A stretch of 64,000 bases of DNA from a virus (IMGVR_UViG_3300010356_002872:1-64000), one strand, 5' to 3'; positions 9,644-20,100 are shown, counted from the first letter of the stretch. Notes: generated from the sequence alone by a model not told the origin. Program-made: numbers and translations.

Positions 9644-11694
9644 AAGCTCAATAAATCTTGGAGTTTATTAAATATGTTACCAACCCCGGCATCCTCTAGC
9701 AAACCGCAAAGGTATTCTTTGCTTAAGAAATCCTTGGCGAGTGCGGTCAAGTCCAAGCAATCTTGGAGGTTTTTAAGGATTGCCAGATCGAAGTCAAAGG
9801 AAATCTTGAAGTTAAGAAGCTCCTGGTCTCCCCGGAGTTTACTTTCTTCTTCAGAAAATTTAGCAGCAGAGGCGGTGTCGGGAAAGCAGTCTCTAAGGAA
9901 AGCAAACGCCTCGATGGCAGCACCGATGTAGGTGGCGTTTTTGCTGTTTAGCTTGAAGAATTTATCGTACTCACCGCCATCCAGAAGATCCGCCGCGCGG
10001 TCGAGACCCAGGCCGCGAAGCGCTTGCATTAGACCATCTTGTATCTTCTTAAGGGTGTCCTCAAGCGGGATCGGAGTATTCACAAACGCATTAAGCCTAG
10101 TCTTAATGTCCTCGCTTCTTTCCGTGACGAGGTCGCACCTTGCGATGAAAGACCGACAAAGCGATATATTTGCAGGGTCTACCTTACCGCGAGCCACGTC
10201 AAAAGTAGCTGCGATTAGAAAGTTATTGAGCTGTGCGGAGAACAGCGAAGCGTTTTCTTTCGCCTCCGTCGCGATAAGCGCAGCTTGGCCGGATGACGTA
10301 CTTCCAAGTGCCTTTAGTGCGGTAACCGACGTGGAGTAGGCATTGACTGGCCCGAGGCTTAGCTCAAACGCGCCGATGCCTTCTGCTGTCACCTCATATT
10401 CAACTTCCGAGTACTGGATATCCGTTCTATTTATTGCCCTGTCCAAGACCAGGTGATCTTGGTCTCCGCTCACAGATTTAGCCCGGAAGATCCCTTTAAG
10501 CGCAGGAGGGGAGAACACCTCGACTGCATCTCCTGGGTTAACTTTTTTAAAGTGCCCTGCTTTATGAACGATCAGACGATCATTCAGTCCCGTTGCCTTA
10601 CCGAGAACATGTGCGTTCTTTTGTTTTTCAACTACGACATGCCCTGCTGGAATGAACTTAAACGACTCTAGAATAAGAGACCCGTCCATAGCCCACTTGA
10701 ATGCGTTGGCAGTAACCTTCACAGGGTTAGGGTTAAACTTAGGGGCTGGTCCAGACACGCGTGCCTGATCGCCGTTAAGATTAAGGGCCATCGCGCCTAT
10801 AAGATCTGACAGCTTGACAAGGACGTTATCAAAGAGACTTACGATGAAACCTGTGATCAGCGGGGGCAGTCCCGTCTGAAGTGCGTTGAGTCCTGCGTAG
10901 TACGCGGTTAGCATGGCGTTTATTTTTGTGACTCGGTCTGCGTACCCTTTTGCGGACGTAATAACGTCGCTCGTTAAGGTTGGGATTGCAAGAAGGTTTG
11001 TGATCTGCTCCTTCTCTGTCGGCACCCCCACGCTATTTAAGATCTCTTTGGTATTTGATTTCAGATATGGGTTATCAGCAAAGGGCCGGATAGACTGCAC
11101 AGCACTCTCTACTTTACCGTGCCCTGCTTTATAGCGTTTACCCAAAAACTTTCCAGAGGACGCTAGCGTATTTCGCACAAGCCTAACGTCAGCTGCGCCA
11201 CTATTTAGAGTGACAAGCGCTGCCCGAAGATCCTTTAAATATTTTTCAAAAACCGGGTCTCCAGCGGAGTATGCCTTAAGGCCGTTATGCAGGTTCGTCA
11301 GAGTCTGCTTTAGTTTTTGGTTTATTTTCTCTTTCTGCTCCAGCTCATGAATAATGTTTAGAGCAAGCTTCTTAAGGAAGATTAGAAGAAGATCGTTGTA
11401 CGCGGACATCGCCTGGGCAAGCATATTATAGAAGAGGTTAAGAGAGCTCAGTACATTGTTCTCTTGCCCTGTAACCTTGAGCGCTGCCATAAGCAACGTA
11501 TCGGCGTTATTCGAAATGTAGTTGGTTGCATACTCCTTTAGAGAGCCAAAATCGCCAGATGCCGCATCTGCCAACACACCGGATATGTCCACCTGAATGA
11601 GGCTTCCGGGGTCAGACAATTTTTGAAGAATGAGGTTAACGTTTTGTGTTAACTTCTTTCGACATTTTTCTTCAAAATGCTGGGCTATGCTCAT
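9640..11694 (-). CDS. Hypothetical helical protein, probably structural, with an inserted beta module
   Basis: 684 aa ORF with ATGA coupling in the tail operon. Confidence 0.55.
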   Translation of the reverse strand: MSIAQHFEEKCRKKLTQNVNLILQKLSDPGSLIQVDISGVLADAASGDFGSLKEYATNYISNNADTLLMAALKVTGQENNVLSSLNLFYNMLAQAMSAYNDLLLIFLKKLALNIIHELEQKEKINQKLKQTLTNLHNGLKAYSAGDPVFEKYLKDLRAALVTLNSGAADVRLVRNTLASSGKFLGKRYKAGHGKVESAVQSIRPFADNPYLKSNTKEILNSVGVPTEKEQITNLLAIPTLTSDVITSAKGYADRVTKINAMLTAYYAGLNALQTGLPPLITGFIVSLFDNVLVKLSDLIGAMALNLNGDQARVSGPAPKFNPNPVKVTANAFKWAMDGSLILESFKFIPAGHVVVEKQKNAHVLGKATGLNDRLIVHKAGHFKKVNPGDAVEVFSPPALKGIFRAKSVSGDQDHLVLDRAINRTDIQYSEVEYEVTAEGIGAFELSLGPVNAYSTSVTALKALGSTSSGQAALIATEAKENASLFSAQLNNFLIAATFDVARGKVDPANISLCRSFIARCDLVTERSEDIKTRLNAFVNTPIPLEDTLKKIQDGLMQALRGLGLDRAADLLDGGEYDKFFKLNSKNATYIGAAIEAFAFLRDCFPDTASAAKFSEEESKLRGDQELLNFKISFDFDLAILKNLQDCLDLTALAKDFLSKEYLCGLLEDAGVGNIFNKLQDLLSF

Positions 11695-12422
11695 TTCTTG
11701 GCAGCCTTCTCGTACTTGACCTTAATTCGTGTGGTGATGCCACGCACTTTGGATGGTGAGAAACCGAGCACCCGCCCGATCCTATCGTAGTCAATACGCC
11801 CGTTAGCCTTAGTCATCTTTGGCTTACCGTGTTTTCCGAAAATGTGATCATAGGTGAGCTGCTCTTCCGGGGTCAGCGAGAAGTAAATATATTCGAGGAC
11901 TTCTTCCGTTTCTGGAGTCTCGTATACCCCGAACTCCTCAGTTCCGGCATCGAGGGCAAGATCCTTATGAACTTCCTTCTTGATCCTTTCGACTTCCTTG
12001 ACAGACCAGCCGAGGTTTGTGGCCACTTCCTGTGGGCTAGGCTCCCGGCTTAGAGAGTCCCTCAGGTTAGCCACGGCGTTTTGGTACACACCGACGTTCA
12101 TGGCCCTGGGCTCTGGCATATACGAGAGGTTCTGGTACATATAGTTCAGCCGCTTGGCTTTCTGATGGACCGCTCCGTAGACGTGGGACTGCAGGGCGGC
12201 GCCCCCGGCCGGATTATAAGTCTTTAGGGCGTCGTGAAAGCTTTGAGCTGCATAAGCGCGGTGCGCACTCTCGGGAAGGTTGGACCCGTAGGACGCCTTA
12301 CGTGCCGCGTCATAGATGAGCGGCTTCATCGATCCGTAGAGCTCTTGGAAATACTTAGGGTCGTTTGTAGCCTGCCACTTCTTAAACGTCTCAAGCTCTG
12401 GTTGCTTTTTTTCGTTAGCCAC
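11691..12422 (-). CDS. RNA polymerase sigma-70-family factor (FliA/WhiG-like)
   Basis: Region 2-like (PLIY..A...A...YNP..GA.L.SHV), region 3 (LSREPS..EVA..LG) and region 4 HTH (LTPEEQ......IG..LG.S..KV). Confidence 0.75.
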   Translation of the reverse strand: MANEKKQPELETFKKWQATNDPKYFQELYGSMKPLIYDAARKASYGSNLPESAHRAYAAQSFHDALKTYNPAGGAALQSHVYGAVHQKAKRLNYMYQNLSYMPEPRAMNVGVYQNAVANLRDSLSREPSPQEVATNLGWSVKEVERIKKEVHKDLALDAGTEEFGVYETPETEEVLEYIYFSLTPEEQLTYDHIFGKHGKPKMTKANGRIDYDRIGRVLGFSPSKVRGITTRIKVKYEKAAKK

Positions 12423-14526
12423 GGAAACCTCTAAAGTTTTTAAGAGCTGTTTGGTACTCGGTTACGACGGCCATCTTAACTTTTAACACATTACCGTAGT
12501 CTGCGTCATTTTCATTGAAAGCCCCTCCTTTAAAGACGTTAAAGAAAGACTTCCTAAGGTCAGTGCCCTTGATCTTATCTGTTTTCAAAGATGACGTTGC
12601 GCTCAGTTCATCTTTTTCAAGGGACGCCCCTAGAAATGTAAACGCATCCCTTGTTCTAATGTAGTCCCTGTCCGTGATCTCAGAGATAAACGTTTGAACA
12701 GCCTCGTTGCCGAGCTGCTTCTTTTTCTTGTACTCGTCGATTAGCTTCAAGGTAGCACCGATAATTGTAGGCTCACCGCTGAAGTAATTTGTAATCGCAG
12801 GAGATCCCTTCCGTCCAAGAAGGGCAGCGTAATACTCAGATAGACCAGGGCCGCCGACGTAGGTTGTGCCCTTAGAAGAGACCGCTTCCTTGCCTGCTTT
12901 AGATTCTGGTGGCTTCTCTACTGCTCCGAAAATATCTTGGTCAAACCACGGAGGTACGATGGGATCATTACCGTTCTTCGATGCGTCCCTCTCCTCGCCG
13001 ACGGTACGCGCGTAGGAAAGTTGCACGTTAGTATAGCCACCCTCTGTCGCGTAGATCCGGTGTGTTACAGAGGAACAGTAGGCAAGCGTGCTCTGATTTG
13101 AGTCACTATCGTCCAGGAGCAAGATGTTGAACCCAGGCACGACAGAGAGTTTTAGGTGGCTTGTAATCTGAAGAGATCTGTTTTCAAACCTTTTTTTGTA
13201 AAACATGTACCTAGCGATCTGCCGCACAAAATTGTTTTTTGAGGGATCGTTGACATCCTTTGCAAAATTCGTGGCCGCAGGAAACATACTCTCCTGGGCC
13301 ATCCAGATACCCTTCATGAGTTCTTCGTTGGTTGTGAACTGCCCTTCTCTCTTTAAGCCGTTATTTGTTTTTGAGGTGTTTGCATCCTTGTCCGCTTCTC
13401 CAAAAAAACCCTGATCCTCAGGTACCTGTAGCTCGTCGCTGCCAATATGACCTTTGAGTCCATCTTTGCCCATCATAAATGCCTGAAAGCTGTCGGGCTC
13501 GAACCGGTACGGCATGGCTATATTGCCGGACTGCTGGAGGTACGTTGGGAGTTGCGGTTTGTAAATAAGGCGAGTCGGCTCTTTAAAGAAGTTTCGAGAG
13601 TACTGGAAGTTTGAGTACTCATCTGGGAAAAAGATGTTACACATCGGAGGGGGGATCATATAGAGGTTTGGCTTAAATACAAACTGTCCAATGGTGTACT
13701 TTCTTTTATCACTGTCTGCGGGGACTATGGGCCTATCCTTCGGCAGATCGTCTTTCTCAACACGAGCTGGGAAAGGAATTGGGGTGAAGTCATGGAATAC
13801 CACACTCATCAGGTCTTGAATAACCATTCGGAGGCTAGCAAACCCACCCCCGGTTTTCCCCGCAATCCCCTGAAACCACTTAAACGCCTGGTTCTGCTCA
13901 AGAAGCTCCGTTAGCTTGCCGCTGGACTTTAGAAGTATGCGGTCCGAGATCCTAAGCCTCTTCTCTGCGTTCTGGTAAAACTTATTGATGTTGCTGATTG
14001 ACTTGTAGACGGAAATAAACCCTTCAAGAAAGTCTTTTTGTCCCTTGTCTCTCATCGTCTGGAATAAGTACGAGTCGATGGAATCCTGGGTGGCGACCGT
14101 TTTAAATCCACTTTTCTCCGATGTGAACCCATCAAGACCAACAGCGAGCATCTCCTGCCCACCCTTACCAAGTGACGTGGTTGGGTTAAGAAAATACGTT
14201 AAGACATTATCCCAGTAGCTGGAAAAGTCTATGCAGGTTAAGGAAAAAGAACGTGACCCTGGAGACTTTGAGAACGAGTACCCAAATACTTCACCTTCCC
14301 ACGCTAGGACATAGGGATACGGCTCAGAGGCTTTTGAGTTGTTGGTATCCCGAATGTGGATCGAGACATGGGTTCTTGGCTTAACGTTATTTATCGCCGA
14401 GTGCGGCACAACATCGATGTAGGCTATGGACGCTTGCCCAACAGCAGCGGTGATGGTAGCTCCTATGAAGGGAACCTCCATGCCTTCAATAAAAAGCTTC
14501 GCCCCTAATGATTTTCCAACGCCCAT
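12415..14526 (-). CDS. Baseplate hub-like tail protein
   Basis: N-terminal LFIEGMEVP...WEGEV.GYS..K......L.C.D pattern of hub proteins; C-terminal PG..I......Y..SVTH. Confidence 0.55.
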   Translation of the reverse strand: MGVGKSLGAKLFIEGMEVPFIGATITAAVGQASIAYIDVVPHSAINNVKPRTHVSIHIRDTNNSKASEPYPYVLAWEGEVFGYSFSKSPGSRSFSLTCIDFSSYWDNVLTYFLNPTTSLGKGGQEMLAVGLDGFTSEKSGFKTVATQDSIDSYLFQTMRDKGQKDFLEGFISVYKSISNINKFYQNAEKRLRISDRILLKSSGKLTELLEQNQAFKWFQGIAGKTGGGFASLRMVIQDLMSVVFHDFTPIPFPARVEKDDLPKDRPIVPADSDKRKYTIGQFVFKPNLYMIPPPMCNIFFPDEYSNFQYSRNFFKEPTRLIYKPQLPTYLQQSGNIAMPYRFEPDSFQAFMMGKDGLKGHIGSDELQVPEDQGFFGEADKDANTSKTNNGLKREGQFTTNEELMKGIWMAQESMFPAATNFAKDVNDPSKNNFVRQIARYMFYKKRFENRSLQITSHLKLSVVPGFNILLLDDSDSNQSTLAYCSSVTHRIYATEGGYTNVQLSYARTVGEERDASKNGNDPIVPPWFDQDIFGAVEKPPESKAGKEAVSSKGTTYVGGPGLSEYYAALLGRKGSPAITNYFSGEPTIIGATLKLIDEYKKKKQLGNEAVQTFISEITDRDYIRTRDAFTFLGASLEKDELSATSSLKTDKIKGTDLRKSFFNVFKGGAFNENDADYGNVLKVKMAVVTEYQTALKNFRGFRG

Positions 14527-14542
14527 GTTTTTCCTCTAAACC

Positions 14543-15493
14543 CTACCCGACCATCGTTGCCGGAGTACTTGGTAATAACCCAGAGCACGGCTCGCCGCCG
14601 TCGATTGTTTTTTTAGTTTCGTTATATGCTAAGCTCGCGGTAGGCTGTGAAAGCCCCACTCCCTGAGCGCCCGCAATCTGATCGAGCATAGCATTAAACG
14701 TGCTATCCGTCGTCTCGCCGCTTCCTGTAGTGAAGGTACGAAAATCTTCAGAAAGGTTCAAGGTAGCCATGCGCTCAAAGACCACCACCTGAAATGACAC
14801 GGACACTCCAGCCTCCAGGGCAGCGTCCGTAGTGGTCTGAAAATTAAGCATCAGACCCTCGATCTGGCGGCCTCCGTAAGTAAGCGCAATGTGAGCGTTA
14901 CGCTCTGTGCACTTTGTACCCCTCAGATAGTTGTCGTAGTAAAACTGGAAGTCCTGCCTCCAGTTAATGTCCTTAGTGTTAATGAGTTTCCCGGAAAAGG
15001 TATACATGGGAGGGCGCTCGCCAAACATGAACACGTAAAACGCCCCAAAAGTCTCAACGATCTGGGATCTCTCTGCGTGCCCTTCATTTGTCCCCTCAAG
15101 GATAAATTTAGTAAACGGAGGGACTAGCTCGACGCTACCCTTCTTCGTATTCGGATCAGTCCCGAACACACGGATTGCAGCAGTCTCCTCATCAAAGGAA
15201 GGATTAATACTTCTTGGCGGCCGTATAAATAGATTCTCTCCTGTCGGGTCTGGCCTCCCGAAACGGTACCAATCTGCCATACGGACGTTCGTCGGTACCT
15301 TGGCGTAGCTTGAAGCGAGCAAGGTCTCTTTTACAACAGCGTCCTCGATCCCGGTGGACGCCGATTTCTGCACCGAGTTCTTGGTTTTACCCATGTTATA
15401 GATGCTATTAGACGAAGAACCCCCAGACGTATTTGGGGTCGTGGTCGTCGGAGTTGACCTTCCTGTACCAGCTACACCTGCGATATCAGCCAT
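14543..15493 (-). CDS. Tail tube initiator-like baseplate protein
   Basis: ERSQIVETFG..YVF.FGERP..YTFSG tube-fold motif; lies between the tape measure and hub genes. Confidence 0.55.
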   Translation of the reverse strand: MADIAGVAGTGRSTPTTTTPNTSGGSSSNSIYNMGKTKNSVQKSASTGIEDAVVKETLLASSYAKVPTNVRMADWYRFGRPDPTGENLFIRPPRSINPSFDEETAAIRVFGTDPNTKKGSVELVPPFTKFILEGTNEGHAERSQIVETFGAFYVFMFGERPPMYTFSGKLINTKDINWRQDFQFYYDNYLRGTKCTERNAHIALTYGGRQIEGLMLNFQTTTDAALEAGVSVSFQVVVFERMATLNLSEDFRTFTTGSGETTDSTFNAMLDQIAGAQGVGLSQPTASLAYNETKKTIDGGEPCSGLLPSTPATMVG

Positions 15494-15732
15494 TAGCTTG
15501 GTAACTCCTCTGCTGTTTTAGTAAAGAGGGACTCAATCGTTCTCGGGGCTTTAGGGTCGTTAACACTAGCACGCTGCGCCTGGTTGTAGAACTGAACCGA
15601 CCGTGCCTGGGATACTGCCCTGTCTTTGATGATATTCTCGACGTCGTACTTGTCCACGACCATCAGCCTGGTTACTACCGACCCCATATCTGTATGGAAC
15701 ACATATGATTTTTCTTTTTTAACAACGCTCAT
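15493..15732 (-). CDS. Hypothetical protein
   Basis: 79 aa with RBS; coupled in the operon. Confidence 0.55.
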   Translation of the reverse strand: MSVVKKEKSYVFHTDMGSVVTRLMVVDKYDVENIIKDRAVSQARSVQFYNQAQRASVNDPKAPRTIESLFTKTAEELPS

Positions 15733-15823
15733 ACCCCTCTCCCTTCTCGCCTAAGTCTGTCCATAATATCGGTGTCGTCCGCCATGGAGATGTTAAGCCT
15801 ATTTGCCATGCTCTCCCACGCAG

Positions 15824-16612
15824 CTAAGACGGTTTGATTTTCTGCGACTGCTGATTCGACGGTTCCGTTGTAGATCCCGGTGAGTTGGGTTGACTCACGA
15901 GGGGACTCTTTTTTTTTTCAGGTGCTATTACAGCTGGCTGGTCCCTGCTGGCCACGATGACCGGGGAGCTCTTGCCGTATACAGCCTTCTGGGCCTGCCT
16001 TCTCGATACATCGTCTGTTTTCGCGATATCTCTGGATCGGTACGCGTCATACACACCACGGCCGAGCCCATACTCACCGTAGTGCTTAGAAGACGCCGCC
16101 CTTGCCTTCAGAGATTCTTCTGGGTTCTTGCTTAAGTGCTTTCTGAGCTGCTGGACGTATTCTGGGATTCCAACGCCAGCGTTGCCGGCCGTGCCCTTAG
16201 TTATGTCAACACCTGTTTTAAGGAACTTCTCCGCCCCGCCGGATCCGGCAAAGTGGGCCATCGCGGCAAGGTCTTCATCTGCGTAGTCCTTACCGAGGCC
16301 AGTCTTCCGCATCTTAGCCACAAAAGGAGCAAGCTCTCTTTCGTAGTATCTCGGGAAGAGCTCTTCCATCTGAGCTCGGGTGGCCCGTTCCATCTCGGCC
16401 TGGGAGTTGTCTTTGGGCATGAAGTCGTCGATGGAACGACCAAGCTCTTCTTTAACCCACTTTTCGTGCCACCTAGGAATGAACTGAAAAAGACCCCGTG
16501 CCTTGGTATCCCATTGCACGGCAGAGGGGTTACCAGAAGATTCCTTCAGGGCTAGCGCCGCACGGAATCTCTCAAAATCAGGTCCGGTTGCTTTTCTTCC
16601 TAGCGTACCCAT
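15824..16612 (-). CDS. Lytic transglycosylase (SLT/lysozyme-like); possible -1 frameshifted extension to 15729
   Basis: ESSGNPSA.....ARGLFQF catalytic motif and A..H.AG motif. Confidence 0.8.
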   Translation of the reverse strand: MGTLGRKATGPDFERFRAALALKESSGNPSAVQWDTKARGLFQFIPRWHEKWVKEELGRSIDDFMPKDNSQAEMERATRAQMEELFPRYYERELAPFVAKMRKTGLGKDYADEDLAAMAHFAGSGGAEKFLKTGVDITKGTAGNAGVGIPEYVQQLRKHLSKNPEESLKARAASSKHYGEYGLGRGVYDAYRSRDIAKTDDVSRRQAQKAVYGKSSPVIVASRDQPAVIAPEKKKSPLVSQPNSPGSTTEPSNQQSQKIKPS

Positions 16613-19600
16613 TACTGTACTCCTAGTTTTCGAGCGAGAGCTTCAAACGCTTTATAGGTCACCATGTTTATGCTCGTCTGCACGGCAAGCTGATCTTGCG
16701 CTGACCCGGCTGCGGCCCCGGTCCCAATCCCGGCAGCAGCCCCCGCGGCAGCTACTCCAGAGGTACCCGCTAGTTCCTTTGGACGACTTATTAGCTCTTC
16801 CGTCATTGCAGAAGAACCGCGCTCCTTGAACTGACTGATAAAGGTCTCGTGCATGCTTGTCGGAATGTTTGCTTCCGACAGCGCTCTTTTTCTTGACTCG
16901 TCGGAGCTGCCAGCTTTTTCAAGAATCTGAGCAGCTTTGACTCCGTAGGCGCGGGAAGCAATATCGCTGCCGATTACGGTCTGGCTAAGGAGGTCTTGGT
17001 TTTTCTGGAAGTCTGGGTTTTTTACGTATTCTCTAAATGCCTCTCCGCCGCCCATAGCGAGTTTATCCGCAATGCCGAGGATCTGAGACTTTGCCGTTTC
17101 AGGTATCTTGTCCATACCCTTAAGCTCAACGCCAAGGGATTCTACGCCTAGGACCGAGCCCATCTTCTGCCTAAGAACCTCGGAGTCCCGCAAGTTCTCG
17201 ATTAAAGTCTCAGCGGCGATTACCTGGCCTTTCGATGCACCTCTTGCGGACTCTTCTATCCTACGCCAAGCGCCACTACTAATAAGGTTTCTATCTTCTG
17301 GGCTTGCATACGCTGCTGCCGCGGCTTTCTTAAGCAGGTCAGCTTTCTTCACTTCATCTTTTTCAGTAATCGACATCGCGAGGAACGCTTTGGCGTCCGC
17401 ACTCTTTACTTGCCCGAATCCAAGTTTTTCCTGGGCGGACTTGATATTTTTTGTGTACTCCTGCTGCATCGCCACATCGACTGCACCCTCTGCGGCTCGA
17501 AGAGAGATCGCTGTCTTTCTGCTCTCGTCCAGGTCGCCTGCGCGATCGCTACCTTCGACAAGGCGTTGGTAGGATGCAAACTCTGCTGCAGTCGCCTGGC
17601 TCATGTCTTTGCCGAAAATCTCTTTAAACATCTGCTCATTGGACATCTTCGCCGCTCGGCCCGATACCCCAAGCTCGATAAATTTTTCCTGAGCCTTGGG
17701 AAGGATGCCACTCAGAAGACCTTCCCTCTCCATCTCTTTGGCTGCTTCCGCAGATATGGAAGACACCACACGGGCGAGCTGACTCACTCGCCTAAGCTCT
17801 TTGGTTTCGATACCCGTCACCATCCCTGTCACGACGTTTCGGTCCAAAGAAACTTCTGGAGCGACCCCAGCAAGGATGCTAGTGCTTGACGTCCTCACAT
17901 CGGAAAAGAGATTACCCTTTCTGCCGCGCGCGCCCTTAAGCGCGTCTGCCAGCGCCTCGCCGGTAGTCTCTGAGAACACGCCACCCTTATCGAGGTCAAT
18001 CGATACCTTTCGGTAGGCACCGCCCCTCTCTTTGGTTAACCCAAGCTCAAGCCTTCTCTCGGATTCTCTTCGTTTGCCCGCCTCGCCGGTAAGCATAGAC
18101 CCGGCCTGGCCGAACGCACCATATCCGGTTCCAGCGAGGTCGAACCTTTGCTGGCCGAACATTTCCTGCTCCGTAAACATCTGCGTGACTTCGGCCATGT
18201 CATCGTACATTTTACTGATTGGAGAAGCCGCGTAGTCAGCTCCCTTTTTTATGACGTCCCCGACGTAGGCACCAAACCTGGTGAAGGTAAAGTTATTGTA
18301 CGACTGATCTGCAAGCGTCTGATTCCTTACGGCCAGCGCTGCCGCCTGTTGGGCTTTTAGGAACTGCTCTGGATCTTTTATTTGAGCAAGCCGTGCCTGA
18401 ACCTCAGACTCACTAAGTCCCATCTGGCTTTTCATAATGTACCGGGTAGCTGTGGTCATATCTGTACCGGTCCACTGGGCGATGCTGGATGCCTGCATGA
18501 GGGCTTCGTTCATCATCCCGATGTCCAGCCCGCGCCCCCCGAACATTTTTCCTTGCTGAGATCGAAACTTCTCTTGGTTGACCTCATACTCAATCATGGC
18601 TTTTGGGGACGAAAGATTTTGGGTTGCCCGGAATGCAGCCTGGCCCATATCCATCTTCCCGGATAGGGCGTCCATGAACGTGCCGGAGTCAAACCCAGTA
18701 CCTTGCTTGAAGTATAGACCCCCGAACCCTCTCCCCATGGCAGACTGGGTGTACGCCATGGTGGTCCCCGTCATGCGCTGGGCAAGCGCCTCCTCCCCGC
18801 CTGCCTGGGCTACGGCCTCTTGAGATATGAGGTTTGCATCCCGAGCTGCGCGGACTGCGGCAAGGTTCATGACGTTTGCCTGGTACCCGATCTGCATGGA
18901 TACCCCGGTGCCCCGAAATATCTCAGCGCCTTGCATGCCGATGTTTACCATCTCGGACGCTGTCCGTCCCGACATCTTCCCGAATGTCTGGGCCTGAAGG
19001 ACCATGCCCCCGACTGCCCCGGCGTCCACCCCGATTCCCTTGAAGTCCTTCATGACGCGAAGGCCTTCTTCCAGGGTGGTGTTTAACGTCGTGGCAACAA
19101 CTTTTACGTTTTCGACGATGGTCTTGAACTTCTTCTTAAAGTCTTCGGTCTCCCGAACTCCCGAGAAGAGCCCAAGCTCGGTGGATCCCTTGAGGACTGT
19201 GGACAGGTCTTCCGTGCCCATCATGCGGTCTTTAATATCGAGGTCTCGGATGTATTCTGATACATCTCTCCGAGCGGCCCTGCTGAATCCAGCACCCCTT
19301 CTCGGGTCTGCTGCCGAGCTTCCCGCCGTGACATAAAGGTCACTTGTTCTTTCCAGGTAATCCTGGACGTCGCGCCTTGCCGCCACCCCTTCATATATTT
19401 TATCTGCGGCGAACCCGCCGATTGCATACCCTGCTAAGCCGCCCGCGACTGTACCGACCATGCCACCGAGTGCCATGCCACCGAGTTTCCCCCCAAGGGC
19501 AGATGCCCCCAGAACTCCGGCGGTGACTCCGAGCCCAGCCATGGCACCACCAGCCCGCTCACCGACATCCGCCGCCCCTGTCATTGCGTAGAGATACGGG

Positions 19601-20097
19601 GATGTCGCTCGTGGCGGATCAGATATCCCGGTCATCGCCTTGAAACTACTCCACATGCTTGTCTCTTGCATCACCCTGCCGCTGAACCCGGCATATACCC
19701 TGGCAGGAGGGGTGTAGGTCATGGGCCGGATCATCGAGCCAAGGTCGTGCATCATCCTGCCGGCACCAGACACGGCGCCGCCACCGACGGTCTGGATACC
19801 CCCGACTGCACCCCCGAAGTAGGCTCCCATCATGGGGGAGTCACCATACGAAGCTCGCATGTTGGTGTAGGCCGCCTGCGCGTCCCCGTACATCGGGGCG
19901 CCGCCCATGGGGGCGATCGGAACGTTATCCGTCCGGCCCTTCATGGCCATTACGTTGGAGTAGATAGAGTCGATTTTATAGCTTCGATCCGCCGCTGCGA
20001 AGTCTGTGGCTGCCGGGGACTGATATACGGGGGGTGGTGCCATATCCATAGCCGGCATTCCAGCGTCATCCGAACCGTAATAATTCTCGTCTGCCAT
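16612..20097 (-). CDS. Tail tape measure protein
   Basis: 1161 aa, Ala/Gly-rich and helical with a hydrophobic Gly-rich segment; directly downstream of the frameshifted chaperone pair. Confidence 0.7.
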   Translation of the reverse strand: MADENYYGSDDAGMPAMDMAPPPVYQSPAATDFAAADRSYKIDSIYSNVMAMKGRTDNVPIAPMGGAPMYGDAQAAYTNMRASYGDSPMMGAYFGGAVGGIQTVGGGAVSGAGRMMHDLGSMIRPMTYTPPARVYAGFSGRVMQETSMWSSFKAMTGISDPPRATSPYLYAMTGAADVGERAGGAMAGLGVTAGVLGASALGGKLGGMALGGMVGTVAGGLAGYAIGGFAADKIYEGVAARRDVQDYLERTSDLYVTAGSSAADPRRGAGFSRAARRDVSEYIRDLDIKDRMMGTEDLSTVLKGSTELGLFSGVRETEDFKKKFKTIVENVKVVATTLNTTLEEGLRVMKDFKGIGVDAGAVGGMVLQAQTFGKMSGRTASEMVNIGMQGAEIFRGTGVSMQIGYQANVMNLAAVRAARDANLISQEAVAQAGGEEALAQRMTGTTMAYTQSAMGRGFGGLYFKQGTGFDSGTFMDALSGKMDMGQAAFRATQNLSSPKAMIEYEVNQEKFRSQQGKMFGGRGLDIGMMNEALMQASSIAQWTGTDMTTATRYIMKSQMGLSESEVQARLAQIKDPEQFLKAQQAAALAVRNQTLADQSYNNFTFTRFGAYVGDVIKKGADYAASPISKMYDDMAEVTQMFTEQEMFGQQRFDLAGTGYGAFGQAGSMLTGEAGKRRESERRLELGLTKERGGAYRKVSIDLDKGGVFSETTGEALADALKGARGRKGNLFSDVRTSSTSILAGVAPEVSLDRNVVTGMVTGIETKELRRVSQLARVVSSISAEAAKEMEREGLLSGILPKAQEKFIELGVSGRAAKMSNEQMFKEIFGKDMSQATAAEFASYQRLVEGSDRAGDLDESRKTAISLRAAEGAVDVAMQQEYTKNIKSAQEKLGFGQVKSADAKAFLAMSITEKDEVKKADLLKKAAAAAYASPEDRNLISSGAWRRIEESARGASKGQVIAAETLIENLRDSEVLRQKMGSVLGVESLGVELKGMDKIPETAKSQILGIADKLAMGGGEAFREYVKNPDFQKNQDLLSQTVIGSDIASRAYGVKAAQILEKAGSSDESRKRALSEANIPTSMHETFISQFKERGSSAMTEELISRPKELAGTSGVAAAGAAAGIGTGAAAGSAQDQLAVQTSINMVTYKAFEALARKLGVQ

Positions 20098-20100
20098 GCC

